Origin: Macrostomum hystrix
Lineage: Eukaryota > Animalia > Platyhelminthes
DNA length: 64,000 nt
NCBI GenBank assembly: GCA_950097015.1
Contig: CATNEN010000002.1
Location: forward strand, 8,804,001 to 8,868,000
Direction of reading: 5' to 3'
Positions 14,985-26,670 of this stretch are shown piece by piece. Every line of letters begins with the position of its first letter. The stretch's first letter is position 1. The notes under the pieces are model-generated. The model was not told the DNA's origin and did not search any database. It saw only the letters and a program-made list of their open reading frames with translations. A program made the position numbers and the translations under genes.

Positions 14985-15349
14985 TTGCATCACTGGGCAA
15001 CCTTTTATCTGTAAACAGACCAGAGGGCAACCTTCTCTTGATCTGTAAACAGACTAGAGGGCAACCTTCTCTCGGTTTGAAACCCCACCAGAGGGCAACC
15101 TTCTCTCGGTTTGAAACCCCACCAGAGGGCAACCTTCTCTCGGTTTGAAACCCCACCAGAGGGCAACCTTCTCTCGGTTTGAAACCCCACCAGAGGGCAA
15201 CCTTCTCTCGGTTTGAAACCCCACCAGAGGGCAACCTTCTCTCGGTTTGAAACCCCACCAGAGGGCAACCTTCTCTCGGTTTGAAACCCCACCAGAGGGC
15301 AACCTTCTCTCGGTTTGAAACCCCACCAGAGGGCAACCTTCTCTCGGTT
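14985..15349. repeat. Minisatellite, 34-nt unit gagggcaaccttctctcggtttgaaaccccacca: 8 perfect copies, one partial, plus degenerate leading copies
   Basis: Units start at 15057, 15091 ... 15329 with no spacers. Confidence 0.95.
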
Positions 15350-18156
15350 TCTTAACCTAAGGTCGTCCTTGTAGATTTCTGCATCAAATCCTCACGGGAG
15401 CGGGGAAATCATGGCTTGCAAACGCTCCCACAAATGTCCCTGCTAGCGAGTAAAAGAAAGCAGGCAAATTTCTTGCGGGTGGCAATTTGGGAACCTTTGC
15501 TAAACTGCCTTGGCCGCGCCCTCAATTAAATTACTCAGGACCCAGTGCTCACCTGTTCCGCCCGGAGCCTTCCTCTGTCAGGCAATAAAAACAGGTGGCA
15601 ATTTAAAAAAACTTGCTTAAAAACGGCTCTGGCTCGTCTGAGAGCTTCCCAAGGATCCGTGGACACAGAGCGAGGCGAAGGGGCTTCAGAGAGGGAACAA
15701 AAACAATAAAAGGAACAGAAAATTAGTTTTGCCGTTGCCAGCCAGAATCGAGGAATTATTTCTTCCCCTCCTTCCAATCTTTCCCTTGAGCGACTCTGCT
15801 AAGCAAAGCAAAGCGAACCAGAGCAAATCGACTTGGCATTTGATAAGAAATTTGCCTGTAAGCAAGTAAAACACAAGCACCGCCAACCCCAACAGGAAAG
15901 CAGCAGGCCCTCTTTTCCCAACTCAAGTAGCACCAGAAATAAATTTTTGACATTAAAGAATTCCAAAGCAAGGCGTTTCACAATTTGTGTTTGAAGTAAA
16001 ACTTGAATTTTGAATAGCAACAAAAAAATTAGGAAAAAATTCAAGAAAACTTGAATTGAAAAAACTTGAAAAAAGAGCTTACCACCGTTTCCTTGAGTCC
16101 GCAGCAGCTGCTGCTGTTTGCATTAATTTTTCATAAACAGCCAGAAACGCGGGAGAGAAAAAACACAGGAATTATGTGCAATGAAAATTCAAAGCCCTCA
16201 GTCCGCACGAGAGCTGCTGCTCTGCTCTCGTAGCTGAACTACCTCTTATTTTTTTAAAGCATTTTTAATCAACAGAATTTGCAACACAAAAACTTTTCCC
16301 CTATAGTCCAGTTAGCAGCTTTTTTGTCTAATTTTAGACCGCTAAATGCGTTGCGAACGGTCGGGCTCAGCCTCTGGCTGCAGGTGTTCGTGGCAGCTCG
16401 CGAAACCCAACAGCCATCCGTCATAGCCGAATTCGCTGGCATGCTGTTTTCTTCAGCGGCTTTCTGTTCTTTCTCCATCGCCTTTGCTTCTATCAACGCT
16501 GCAATTTTTTAGCAGCAGAATTTTTACAAGTTGCAAACTGGGGTGGGGTAGCCCAGGTGAATGAGTGAGTGGCCGCCCCTACCTGATATTTTTTCGGTAT
16601 TTCGAATTATCCGATGCCGAGCGAGTGCCTGATTTACAGCTGCAGATAAGACTCTGTCAAACCGCAATACGGCTTGCTCTGCCGCGCTTTCTCTCCTTCA
16701 TCATCAACTTAATTCCCAGCATCCGGCAGGTCCTCAGCCCGCCAGCGCCCGGATAGGGTGTCAGACTGAATATAAAAAACTTCCCAAATGGGGGAAAAGT
16801 TACTTTGCCCATGCATCGGTTTTGGATTTTGGAGCTCCAAGTTAAAGATTTGCTGCTTCAGATAAGAACCCCACCTTGGACTAGCCGATTCTGTAATCAC
16901 GGATTTGCAGGGCGCCCCCCAGTCTTGGCGCGCACTGTTTTTTGTTTTAATCAATTGGATTCCGCGCCCCTCAAAGCAAAATCTGCTAAGCAAAGTTCCC
17001 ATTCAGGCGCCAACCCCGCGTACACTTCCTTGTTCCATTGCTGCCTTTCCCAATTGAAGAAGGAAAAATAATTGAAGAGAGATTAGTTTAAGCCAAACAG
17101 GGCGCACCTGCCAACCCGGCTGGGGGGGATTTTGCAGATTTTATTGCATTTTTTTCATTATTTTCCTCATTTTTCTCAGACTTATAGGATTAAAGTTTTC
17201 TTGCCTGCTGAATTAACAAATGCAATGCAGAAATTGTAACTCCAAAACTTGTGGAAACAGAAGTCTAAATTAAATGGCAATAAAATGTGTAGAGTCCGCG
17301 ACTTGTCAGCCATTGTGAATTTGACTCGACAGCAATTGCAACAGCTTTTGTTGTTTGACTTCACTTTGAGAACAGGTTTGTATTCTCAACAGTTCTCTTA
17401 ATCCAACCTGTGCGGGGCTCCGGTGGGATTTAAAAATGACTCCAATTCAGCTTGACTCTGCTTTTCTGAGCAAATTTTGCAAACTTCAGCCCCGGGGGTT
17501 AGTTCATTAATCAGGAGATTAGGGGCTGTCCTGTTTAATTCCTCGCTGACAAATACTAAAAAATAGTGTCTGCTGCAGGGACTGGTCACAGATGGCCCGG
17601 TGCGTCTCCCGTGTCTCATTGCATTTCATGGCTCTGCAGTCCTGTCAGCACTCGCAATTTCAATTTAATTATTTGAACAAAGGCTCGCCTTGCTTTTTAT
17701 ATATCGATTTTTTGTTTTAATGCAGTTTTTAACTTGAGCACACTTTGGGTGTCCCAAAATTGGGCTGCCCACCTGGCGTGCCTAATTGCTTTTAAAACTC
17801 TTCAAGCTGTACTCCCGCGCAGAATCCACACTGGGGGCTCCCCTCCCTACCTGTCTCCCCCTTTGTGACTTTGAGTAAAAAAACTTTTTCTCCGTTGTAG
17901 AATTGATAGTTTGATTTAACCAAATTGGTTCTGTTGTTTTGCTTTGCAAACTTTTGCTAGGCTAGATTTACGTGGATGCAGAATGGGCATTGTGCTTAAC
18001 TTTGTTAGCCTTTTGACAGGCTTTCACTGGTTGTCTGCCTGTCAGTTGGCCTTTTTTAAACAATTCCAATTTCCCGAGTGAAAAAAGTTTTCAGATTCAT
18101 ATTTTTTAACTAAAGAAAATTTTGCTGATGTACGAGCTATTTTCGGCAGAAATACA

Positions 18157-18723
18157 GGCAGCAGCAGAAGAAGCAGCAGCAGCAGCATCATCAGCATTCG
18201 TAGTATTTGCAGCAACAGTAGCATCAGCATCAGCAGCAGTAGCTGCAGAAGCTGCAGCATCAGCAGCAGTAGTAGAATTTGCAGCAGCAGCAGCAGCAGT
18301 TGTAGAATTTGCAGCAGCAGCAGCAGCAGTTGTAGAATTTGCAGCAGCAGCAGCAGCAGTTGTAGAATTTGCAGCAGCAGCAGCAGCAGTTGTAGAATTT
18401 GCAGCAGCATCAGCAGCAGTTGTAGAATTTGCAGCAGCAGCAGCAGCAGTTGTAGAATTTGCAGCAGCAGCAGCATCAGCAGCAGCAGCAGCATCAGCAG
18501 CAGCAGCAGCATCAGCAGCAGCAGCAGTAGGAGTTGTAGAATTAGCAGCAGCAGCAGCATCAGCAGCAGCATCAGCAGCAGCAGCAGCAGCATCAGCAGC
18601 AGCAGCAGTTGTAGAATTTGCAGCAGCAGCAGCATCAGCATTCGTAGTATTTGCAGCAACAGTAGCATCAGCATCAGCAGCAGTAGCTGCAGAAGCTGCA
18701 GCATCAGCAGCAGTAGTAGAATT

Positions 18724-18760
<37 letters not shown>

Positions 18761-18980
18761 GAATTTGCAGCAGCAGCAGCATCAGCAGCAGCAGTAGTAG
18801 CAGCAGCAGTAGTAGCAGCAGCAGTAGTAGTAGTGGTTGCAGCAGTATCAGCAGCAGTAGCACCACCATCAGCAGCAGTAGTAGTATTTGCAGCAGCAGC
18901 AGCATCATCATCAGCAGCATCAGCAGCATCAGCAGCATCAGCAGCATCAGCAGCATCATCATCATCAGCAGCAGCAGCAT
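18157..18980. repeat. Complex (GCA)n/(TGC)n trinucleotide tract with recurring GTT GTA GAA TTT interruptions and an internal duplication of about 90 nt
   Basis: Read directly; duplicated block near 18190-18280 and 18632-18722. Confidence 0.9.
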
Positions 18981-21629
18981 AGCAGGCTTTCATGCGACAT
19001 AGTATCAGCTGAAAAAACTTTTCTTGTCAATTTCAAGCAAAACCAAGTAAAAATAGCTGAACATTGGGGAGGATGGATGCTAAATCCCACTTGAAGAATC
19101 CCGAAAACCTTTGGGACAATCGTATATTGGTTGTAAACACAACTGAATGCTTGTGCAATCACCCCCTGCGCAATCCCATCGACCAAAAAGATTTTTTGTC
19201 CACTAAAAGAAATAACAATTTTTGTAGTATTAATAAAACTAATATATAATGACAATAACATACCAAAGTCCAGTCATGTCTATCAGTTAAATGGAAACTA
19301 AGGTAGCCTCGGTGACCATTGCACTGAGGAGGGAGTGGGGAAGGAAAGCTTGGGAGCCAGGGAGGGGAGAAAGGGAAGCTGTTTGGTGGATTTCATGAGG
19401 CCTTAGTTGCAGGACATAAAAGTTTTAATGACGGAGCCTCCCCAGCTCCGGGTCCGCGCTGTCGGCCCGCGGACTAATTTAAAAAAAGTTTACTTTTTTT
19501 CAACTGAAATAAATTATAAGTAAACACAGCTGCCCCTGAAGCAGCTGCTTCAGCCACCGCACCAGCCACCGAATTCAAGCAAACTGGAAAATAAAATCTC
19601 CTCACTAGGAGGGGGTGGGTTTTAGCTCCGCGCACTGAAAATTTTCCTCCTTAAAGTAAAGAAAAACTTCAACTGCGGGCAAAAACTGCAGTGTGTGTAT
19701 GTGTGTGTGCATTAAATAAACACTTTTTTGAATAGACAGGTAGATAGGCAGGTATAGGCTCTGAAAACTGTGTTTAATGGCTTGGGATTGTGTGGGTCTC
19801 TCCAGATAAATAAGGATCCCATTGCCGATACAAAAAACAAGTTAAGACAGGGGTAGTGCTTAAGCTTATAGTGAGATTTCCCTGTCACAATAAATAAAAG
19901 TGATGCCAGAGCTGAAAACTGCATTTCCTACGGCGCCTCATTGTCTTAGCGGGATCATTCTTTATGGGAAGATTATTTACTCAGCTCATCATTGAGTTCT
20001 GCGAGTGCCTGGTGTCTGATGCAGCAGTTCAAACTTTGTGAACAAGTTTTTTTCATTGGATGAATTTTCAAGCTATACTCAAAGAACCAGAGATGGCCAG
20101 CATGAATGCATGAATATTTGATACTGCCAATCTCTGCTAGATGAAGATGTGAGTTGGAATTGGGAATGTCTGCAGGGCTAAGGAGTTGAGCCTGGCCTCA
20201 TGTTGTCAAACTTGGAAATCAAAAAAGCTAGCCTCTATTGACTTTTCAATGATTGCATGTGCTGCTGGGCTAGCTATTATCAGGGCCTAGTTTTCATGGG
20301 CCTCCAAAAACAGTTAATATTTTATTGAGCCGGCTGGGTGGCTCACGCACCGGCCCGCCGGCCCCAACAACTCTTGAGCAGTGTTCTCAGGCAGCAAAAA
20401 TTGAGCTTACGTTTTTATTCTCAACATTTTTTTCAACATGGATTAAAGATTAACTGACAAAAAACTGTGATTAGGAATCGGTTTCTCGACCATGAGATGG
20501 GAATTTCTTTAAAGGAAGTTGAGCATTTTCAAAAATGTCCCCTTAAGAACTGCGGTTTAATAATTGCCGGCGCACAAACCGACACTGGAGGGATCAGTGA
20601 GCCGTCCTCTTAGGCAAGTTGGCATTTTTTAACGAGCTGTATAGTGGAAATGAAAAAAGTTTTACTTTTGAGGTGTGGCGAGCGCTCAGCTCTGAACTCA
20701 ACTGAAGTTTTTCTGTCTGTGCCGTTTCTCTTTTGAGGATTTCAATTTCTAGATGGTTAAGCAATGGGCAACTGGCAATTTCGTCATGGCTGTTTTTTGT
20801 GTGGCATCTCTCGTACCTTTTTCTCAGGCGGGTAATGAGCCTTTGAGCAGAGCGATTTCAACCTGTCTTTGCTGCTCAACTGCAGACATGCCTAAACACT
20901 TTTCACTCACAAATGATTTCTAGTTTTAAAAAGTCTTTCGCTTACTTTGCATTCTATTTAAGACAAAGAGTTGAAAAGATGCACGGGTGACGCGGTGCTG
21001 CGGCCTGAGAGGAAGGAGGTTTTCTTTCAGAGCGGGCAGTGCAGCAAATATTGCTCACAAATATCAGTGTATTTCGTGGCCAGGGTCCATGCCTAGGTCA
21101 GCTTTCTCAAAGCCAGGCGCATCATCGATTCCAAGCACGCGAGTTCTCCCCAACCACGGGTGGGATAATTAGTCCCCTAGGCGGGCCTGCACATGAAATT
21201 TAACGAGAGATTTGAGCCCATTTTTAATAATTGGGAAGAATTTCAACCCTCCCCAGTCCAATCCATTCCGATCCCAAATCCCAAACTCCGGCCCCCTCAA
21301 CCCCTCTCTCGCAAGCTCTCTCTTTTTCTCTCGCCTTACCAAACCCCCCGTCTCTTTCGCCCGGGTAGCCACGGACCTCCCTGAGGGCGCGAGTTTCTCG
21401 CCCCAGTTATGATTTATTATTATATCGTTATCATTCACCGATGGCTTCCATAGAGGCTTGGCGCAGCGATGTGGAGAACCCATTCCAATTTATTTTTCGA
21501 CACAAAATCCAAATGAGGCAAATCTATGATCAAATTGTGCTTTGGTGCTTGAGAAAAATCTCACTAGAAACTTTAAAATGAAGTTAACGAATGAAACATT
21601 ATGGGCTTTCGGCAGCTATCTGTGGACAG

Positions 21630-22959
21630 ATGGCGAGGAGTTTGAGCATGAGGAGGAGCTAAGATCAGTCCCCAAAAACCTTGCAGCCGCCAGTCTGTGG
21701 AGCCAGCAGCACGAGCTGTACAAGGCGGCCACCGCAGCCCTCGCTAGCGGAGGCTTTCCGCCGTTGGGCGCAGCCGCAGCAGCCGCAGCCGCAGCAGCAG
21801 CGGCAGCAGCCGCCGCAGCTACTCAAGCTCCGCTGACCGCGGCAACCCAGACGGCTCCAGTGCCGCTCCCACTCACCAAGCATCAGCAGCAGCTGCTGCA
21901 GTCAGGTGATCAGCAGGATGGGCAGCTGAGCCGCGGCGAGTCGCCTGACTTCGGCATGAACGGCTCCTCGCTCTCGCAGAATTCCTTGGCCTTCGGCGGC
22001 TCGGGCCGGCGGAAGCAGACAAAGCCCAACCGCGTCAGCGGGGGCGAGGAAGGCAGCGCCGGAGCTCCGGGATCGGCAGACGATTCGGCTGCCGGCGATC
22101 AGCAGCCAGAGGATCTCGCTGGGTCTCCGGGACAAGAGGGCGATGAGCCGCAGCTGATGCAGACGCCCTCGACGCCACTAGCGCTGCCACCGCCACCGCC
22201 GTTGCAACAGTCGACGCCACAGCCGCTGCCATTGTTGCCACTGCCACCTGCGCTGCAGCCGCTGCCCCCACCGCATCCGCCAGCTCTACCGCCGCCGCCG
22301 CAATCGCAATCGCAACCGATGCCGATGCCTACTGTTGCGGAGAAAGCGCACAAGAACTCCATCGGTCTGCAGGACAAGTTGGCGCAGCAGCAGACGCAGC
22401 TCGCTGGAAAAGTGTCAGCCGACGGCAAGCCAGACAGCTACTGCGAGTACTGCGAGAAGCTTTTCTGCAACAAGTACTACTTGAAGAAGCACAAAGCCGA
22501 TGTGCACGGCATCAGCGCTGTTGATCAACAGCCCGGAGGCGGAGGCGGAGTCGGTGCTGGCGGCGGAGGCGTCGGTCACCAGCAGCAGCAGCAGCAGCAT
22601 CACCATCAGCACGGAAGGAAGCGGGGACCGCAGCCGGAGCCGCCTCACCATCCAGTGTCGGCCGCGGCCGCCATGGTAGCTAATCCGGCAGCAGCAGCCG
22701 CCGCCGCAGCCGCGGCAGCCGCCAACCCGCTCGCGAACCCGCTTCTGTCAATGGGGCACTGCCTGAACCCGTTCCAGACGCTGCTGTTCAACCCGTTCGC
22801 GCTTTCCTCGATGTCTCTGATGCCGGGCATACCGCAGCCCTTCCTTCCCGGCGCCTACCCCATGATGGCCAAGCTGGAATCTGTGCCAGCTCAGCAGCAG
22901 CCGCTTCTGCCGCCTCCGCCAGCGCAGGCCCCGCAGCAGCAGGCCTTGGCATCAGTGAG

Positions 22960-23000
<41 letters not shown>

Positions 23001-23786
23001 TAACTCCAAATCCTCCTCAAGCGTCCGTCACTCCGCCGAGCCCTGTCCCGCCTGGATCCATCTCTCCGACCGCTGTTGACGGCGGAGGCGGCGCCTCTGG
23101 AGGCACCGATGTCAACTCAGACGCCTACTGCCCTATCTGCCAGAAGAATGTGTGCTCAAAGTATTTCCTCAAGACTCACATGGCTAATCAGCACAACGTG
23201 AAGGATTTCAAGCTGCCAGAAAGTCAGCCGGTGCCGCAATCGCAGCCGTCGCAGCTGCCGCCCTCGCCACTGCAGTCGCAGCCACAGCCACCGCCACCGC
23301 AGCTGACTGGTCCGATGAAGTGCCCTGAGCCAGAGACCGAACAGGTGCTCAACCTGAGCTCCAAGAAGCAGCCACAGCAGCAGCAGCCTCAGCTGCAGCA
23401 GCAGCAGCCGGAGCTTAGCCAGGAGCTGAAATGCCAGAGCTGCGGCCTGACCTTTGGCAGCTCGGTTGAGCTTCGCGTTCACGTGGCGGCACATCATTCG
23501 AACTTCGCGGACCTCAGCAGCCTGATGGGCCTGGCCATGCCGCAGCTGGACCGCCCGCATCATCACCTGTCTGGCGCGCACCACATGGACGCCTTCCAGT
23601 CCTCGATGGTGGCAGCGAAGCTGGCCGACCGGGTCATCTGCGATGTCTGCCACAAGGAGGTCTGCAACAAGTACTTCCTCAAGACCCACAAGGAGAAAGT
23701 GCACGGCATTCCCAGGGAGCTGCAGGGTGGCGGCTGCGGCGGCGGCGGCAGCGGAGCTGGACGAGGCTCCACGGGCCAGGAGATCT
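21630..23786 (+). CDS. C2H2 zinc-finger protein, exon 2 (four fingers, RRKQTKP motif, polyQ/polyA/polyP tracts)
   Basis: Within ORF 21542-23815; acceptor GGACAG|AT; donor ATCT|GTGAGT (phase 1); fingers CEYC..HKADVH, CPIC..HMANQH, CQSC..HVAAH, CDVC..HKEKVH. Confidence 0.9.
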
Positions 23787-23856
23787 GTGAGTTCTTTGAG
23801 CTTTCTTTCCCCTAAAAGCTTATCCCTGTTCCTTCTATCCCTTCAGAGAGAACAGA

Positions 23857-24169
23857 GAGGTTGTAGCCTAGTGGTTAGGGCGTCGGACTCACGACTTGAA
23901 GGTCGGGGGTTCGATTCCCGACTCCACTGGAACAATTTGCGTCCTTTAGCAAGACACTTAACTCTGCATTGCTTCAGTTCACCCAGCTGTTAAATGGGTA
24001 CCAGCATCAGCTGGGATAATTGAAGGTGGGTGTGGCGTCCCCCCAGTCCGTGGACTGAACAGCTGTACGCAGCCTTCAGATGCGCCGCGCATTAGCTGCG
24101 GCTGTGCTGTCGGCTGCACATCTGACCCAATTGGGGCAGGTGTAATCAATTATTATTATTATTATTATT
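23857..24169 (+). mobile_element. tRNA-derived SINE, family A, full length, with CORE-like body and (ATT)n tail
   Basis: A-box-like TAGCCTAGTGG, B-box GGTTCGATTCC (23908-23918), body GCAAGACACTTAACTC...TTAAATGGGTACC, ATT tail 24149-24169; two more copies in the window. Confidence 0.85.
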
Positions 24170-25410
24170 CTATCCCTATTCCTTCTATCCATATTTCTTC
24201 TATCCCTACTCTTTCTATCCCTATTCCTTCTATACCTATCCCTTCTATCCCTATTTCGTGCTATTTTATCATTTCAAGCCCACATTCCGGGCCGCATATT
24301 TTTGTGGCCTGTCATCAGTGTTTTGTTTTCGCTGTTTTCGTCTCTTTTGGCCCGGTCTCTCCCGATGTTTTCAGTTAAACTTTTATGCATTTTAAATCCC
24401 AGAATTCGTGGGACAAAGATCCCGCCGTCCATTGGTTTCCCTTTCAGTTGGTCCCGAAAGTTGCGGCATAAAAAATTAATGCCTGCCCAGCCAGATAGCC
24501 GGGTCGCAGAGGAAAGACCTTTAAAAAAATCAGAAAAATTTGCCGCCCTCGCGTCTGTGCCATTTCGAATCGGGCGTTATTTTTGCCATTTGCAATTCCC
24601 CAGCTCTGCGGACACTTCGTAGCCGGTAGGGGGCTTCCATTTATCGTTATTGTAAATCATTTGATTTTTGTTAATTTGCTTCAACTAAAACGGTCAACAA
24701 TGAACTGAAAACCGACCGTTTGACATTCCGTCGTAGGATGAACTGAGCAGGAATTAGACACAAGAGGGCCGCGAGGGCACGGAACAACAAAAGTTAGCCG
24801 GGGAGGGGGCTGAAACTGGATCTGCCTGAGACGCTGAGTTCTGAATGGGACGGGAATTAAGACTTTTTGTCTTCAATTACGAATATTTGAGCAGCAGCGG
24901 ATCAGGAGGGGCTCGAGAATAGCCAAAAGCAAAGAAAACAGAAAAGATGGGGAGGAGAAGAGGATAAAAGGCAGACGAGGAACAAAGAGGGGCAGCAAAT
25001 CCCAACTTGGCGAATGTTTGGCAAAGAAGAGAGGCCCCCTGAGCAGCAGCTCAACATTTTAAAAAGATGTCGGGGACTCCGCAGCAGCTCGCATTGCCCC
25101 GGGGGTCCTCGGATCAGCGGGTCAATAAAGTCGATGTTTTCTTTTAAAAAAACTTTGGGCTAAATTTCTCTTTCTCGTCGTGAAAGATGAACGCGACGCA
25201 AAAAATCCCCCCCAGAATTCTTACTCAATAACTCAACCTGAGCCTCTGAAATCCCATGAAAAATATCCTACAATAGTCTTTAATGCCCTTGCCGGGAGTA
25301 ACTCGAAACTTCAGGGCAGCCTCGTCTGGCTATCTGCCAGCAGGCAGGGGATAAACATGCTGGACAATGGCAGGCTAAAGAATCCTAAATCACAACCCCT
25401 TCTGCTACAG

Positions 25411-25883
25411 CCCCGGCAACAATGGGCAAATGGTCAGCAGCACCAGCCACCCTGACAACAGCATCATCGGCCGCCAACGCTGCCGCTGCTGTAGCTGCAG
25501 CCGCCGCAGCGGCCGCCGCAGCCTCCGCGGCATCGTCCGTGAGCTCCGGACAGCCGGGCAAGTCGAACAGTGGCTCCCCCGCCCAGCAGAGAATCCGCTG
25601 CGACACCTGCGGCAAGGAGGTCTGCAACAAGTACTTCCTGCGGGTGCACCGGCTCAACAAACACGGCATCGCTGACAGCTCCGACAGCTCGCCCGCAAAC
25701 ACAGACACGGACTCCCGCTCTGAGATGGAGCCAGTCGGCGAGCAGCTTCAGCAGCTGCAGCAGTTCCACAAGCTGCACCAGCAGATGCTGCAGCATGCCA
25801 GCCGTGGCAGCGACATGTGCCCCTGCCCGCACTGCGGCCTCCTCTGCCCTAGCTCGCAGCAGCTGCAGCGTCACGTGCAACAG
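25411..25883 (+). CDS. C2H2 zinc-finger protein, exon 3
   Basis: Acceptor CTACAG|CC in phase 1 with exon 2; finger CDTCGKEVCNKYFLRVHRLNKH; donor CAG|GTAAGT (phase 0). Confidence 0.9.
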
Positions 25884-26019
25884 GTAAGTCAGGAGACTCC
25901 GCGGGACTTTTTAACCATTTAACAATGCGTTGGGTGTGTGCGTTATTGAAATCCAAATTGCTTGGCTATCGGTCCTTTGGTGATAGTAGATCCACATGAT
26001 AGGCAAACTGACTCATAGG

Positions 26020-26135
26020 CGGGAAATTTCACGACAAGCCCCCGTGCCTTCCCTCCGCTCAATATGAATGTGGCCCCGCCGCGGAATCGAGCGCAGGAAC
26101 CTTGCTGCGAGAGGCAAACGCGTTTGAGTTTGAAC
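26020..26135 (-). mobile_element. tRNA-derived SINE, family B, 5' fragment in intron 3 of the zinc-finger gene
   Basis: aatgtggccccgccgcggaatcgagc...gcgagaggcaaacgcgtt matches 43508-43570. Confidence 0.7.
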
Positions 26136-26206
26136 ATCCTGAGTTTGTGCACTTCCAAGCAGGTTAATTGACCGAAGAACCCACTCCCTTAACTTCACCA
26201 TCGCAG

Positions 26207-26545
26207 GCGCATCCAGCTGAGCTGCTGAAGCATTCGGAGGTCGATGCCGACTGCAACGACATTGCAGAAGACGCACCGACAGAAGCCAAGCGACGCCGCC
26301 GTGACTCGGACGTTGATAGCGAAGATAATCCTGAACCCACGACGCCGAGGACGGACGATCTCGCTAAGCTGGAGGCTCGGACGGCGTTGAACCTGACGGT
26401 CGTTGAATCGGCTGCTTCCAATGTCGCCGACACGCCGGCCGACGATGCCTCGGCGATGGAGGTTGCGGAGCTGCACGGAACAGCCGGCGAGGCGGACTCC
26501 GCAGCCGAGTCTAGCGATGCCCGGATCGACCTGCCCGTGTCGTGA
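26207..26545 (+). CDS. C2H2 zinc-finger protein, exon 4 (terminal)
   Basis: Acceptor TCGCAG|GCG in phase 0; the join completes finger CPHC...HVQQ|AH; stop TGA; total CDS 3168 nt = 1055 aa. Confidence 0.85.
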   Translation, partial: AHPAELLKHSEVDADCNDIAEDAPTEAKRRRRDSDVDSEDNPEPTTPRTDDLAKLEARTALNLTVVESAASNVADTPADDASAMEVAELHGTAGEADSAAESSDARIDLPVS

Positions 26546-26664
26546 GCGCCGCCCACCCTGCGACCCCTCCTGAACCCTCAGCCAGCTTGAACATCTTGCC
26601 GGGCACGCGACTGTCACACAGTCTGTACAAAGTGATGCACTGCAAAGCAATATTCTTAGAGCAG

Positions 26665-26670
26665 AATAAA
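26665..26670 (+). terminator. Candidate polyadenylation signal AATAAA of the zinc-finger gene
   Basis: AATAAA 120 nt after the stop codon. Confidence 0.5.

Noticed and set aside
14896-15336. Several repetitive ORFs on the minus strand
   Set aside because: Products of the 34-nt array (34-aa period)
15057-15349. CRISPR-like 34-nt repeat containing GTTTGAAAC
   Set aside because: Units are head to tail with no spacers; no cas genes; lies in a eukaryotic intron
18042-18980. 312-aa poly-Leu ORF resembling a membrane protein
   Set aside because: CTG frame of the trinucleotide tract, with no independent support
21542-21629. N-terminal extension MVLEKNLT... of the 757-aa ORF
   Set aside because: AT-rich and intron-like, starts at TTG, and lies before a phase-compatible acceptor at 21629
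23857-23930. Functional tRNA gene
   Set aside because: Acceptor stem is poor, the sequence continues into a SINE body and ATT tail, and diverged copies exist
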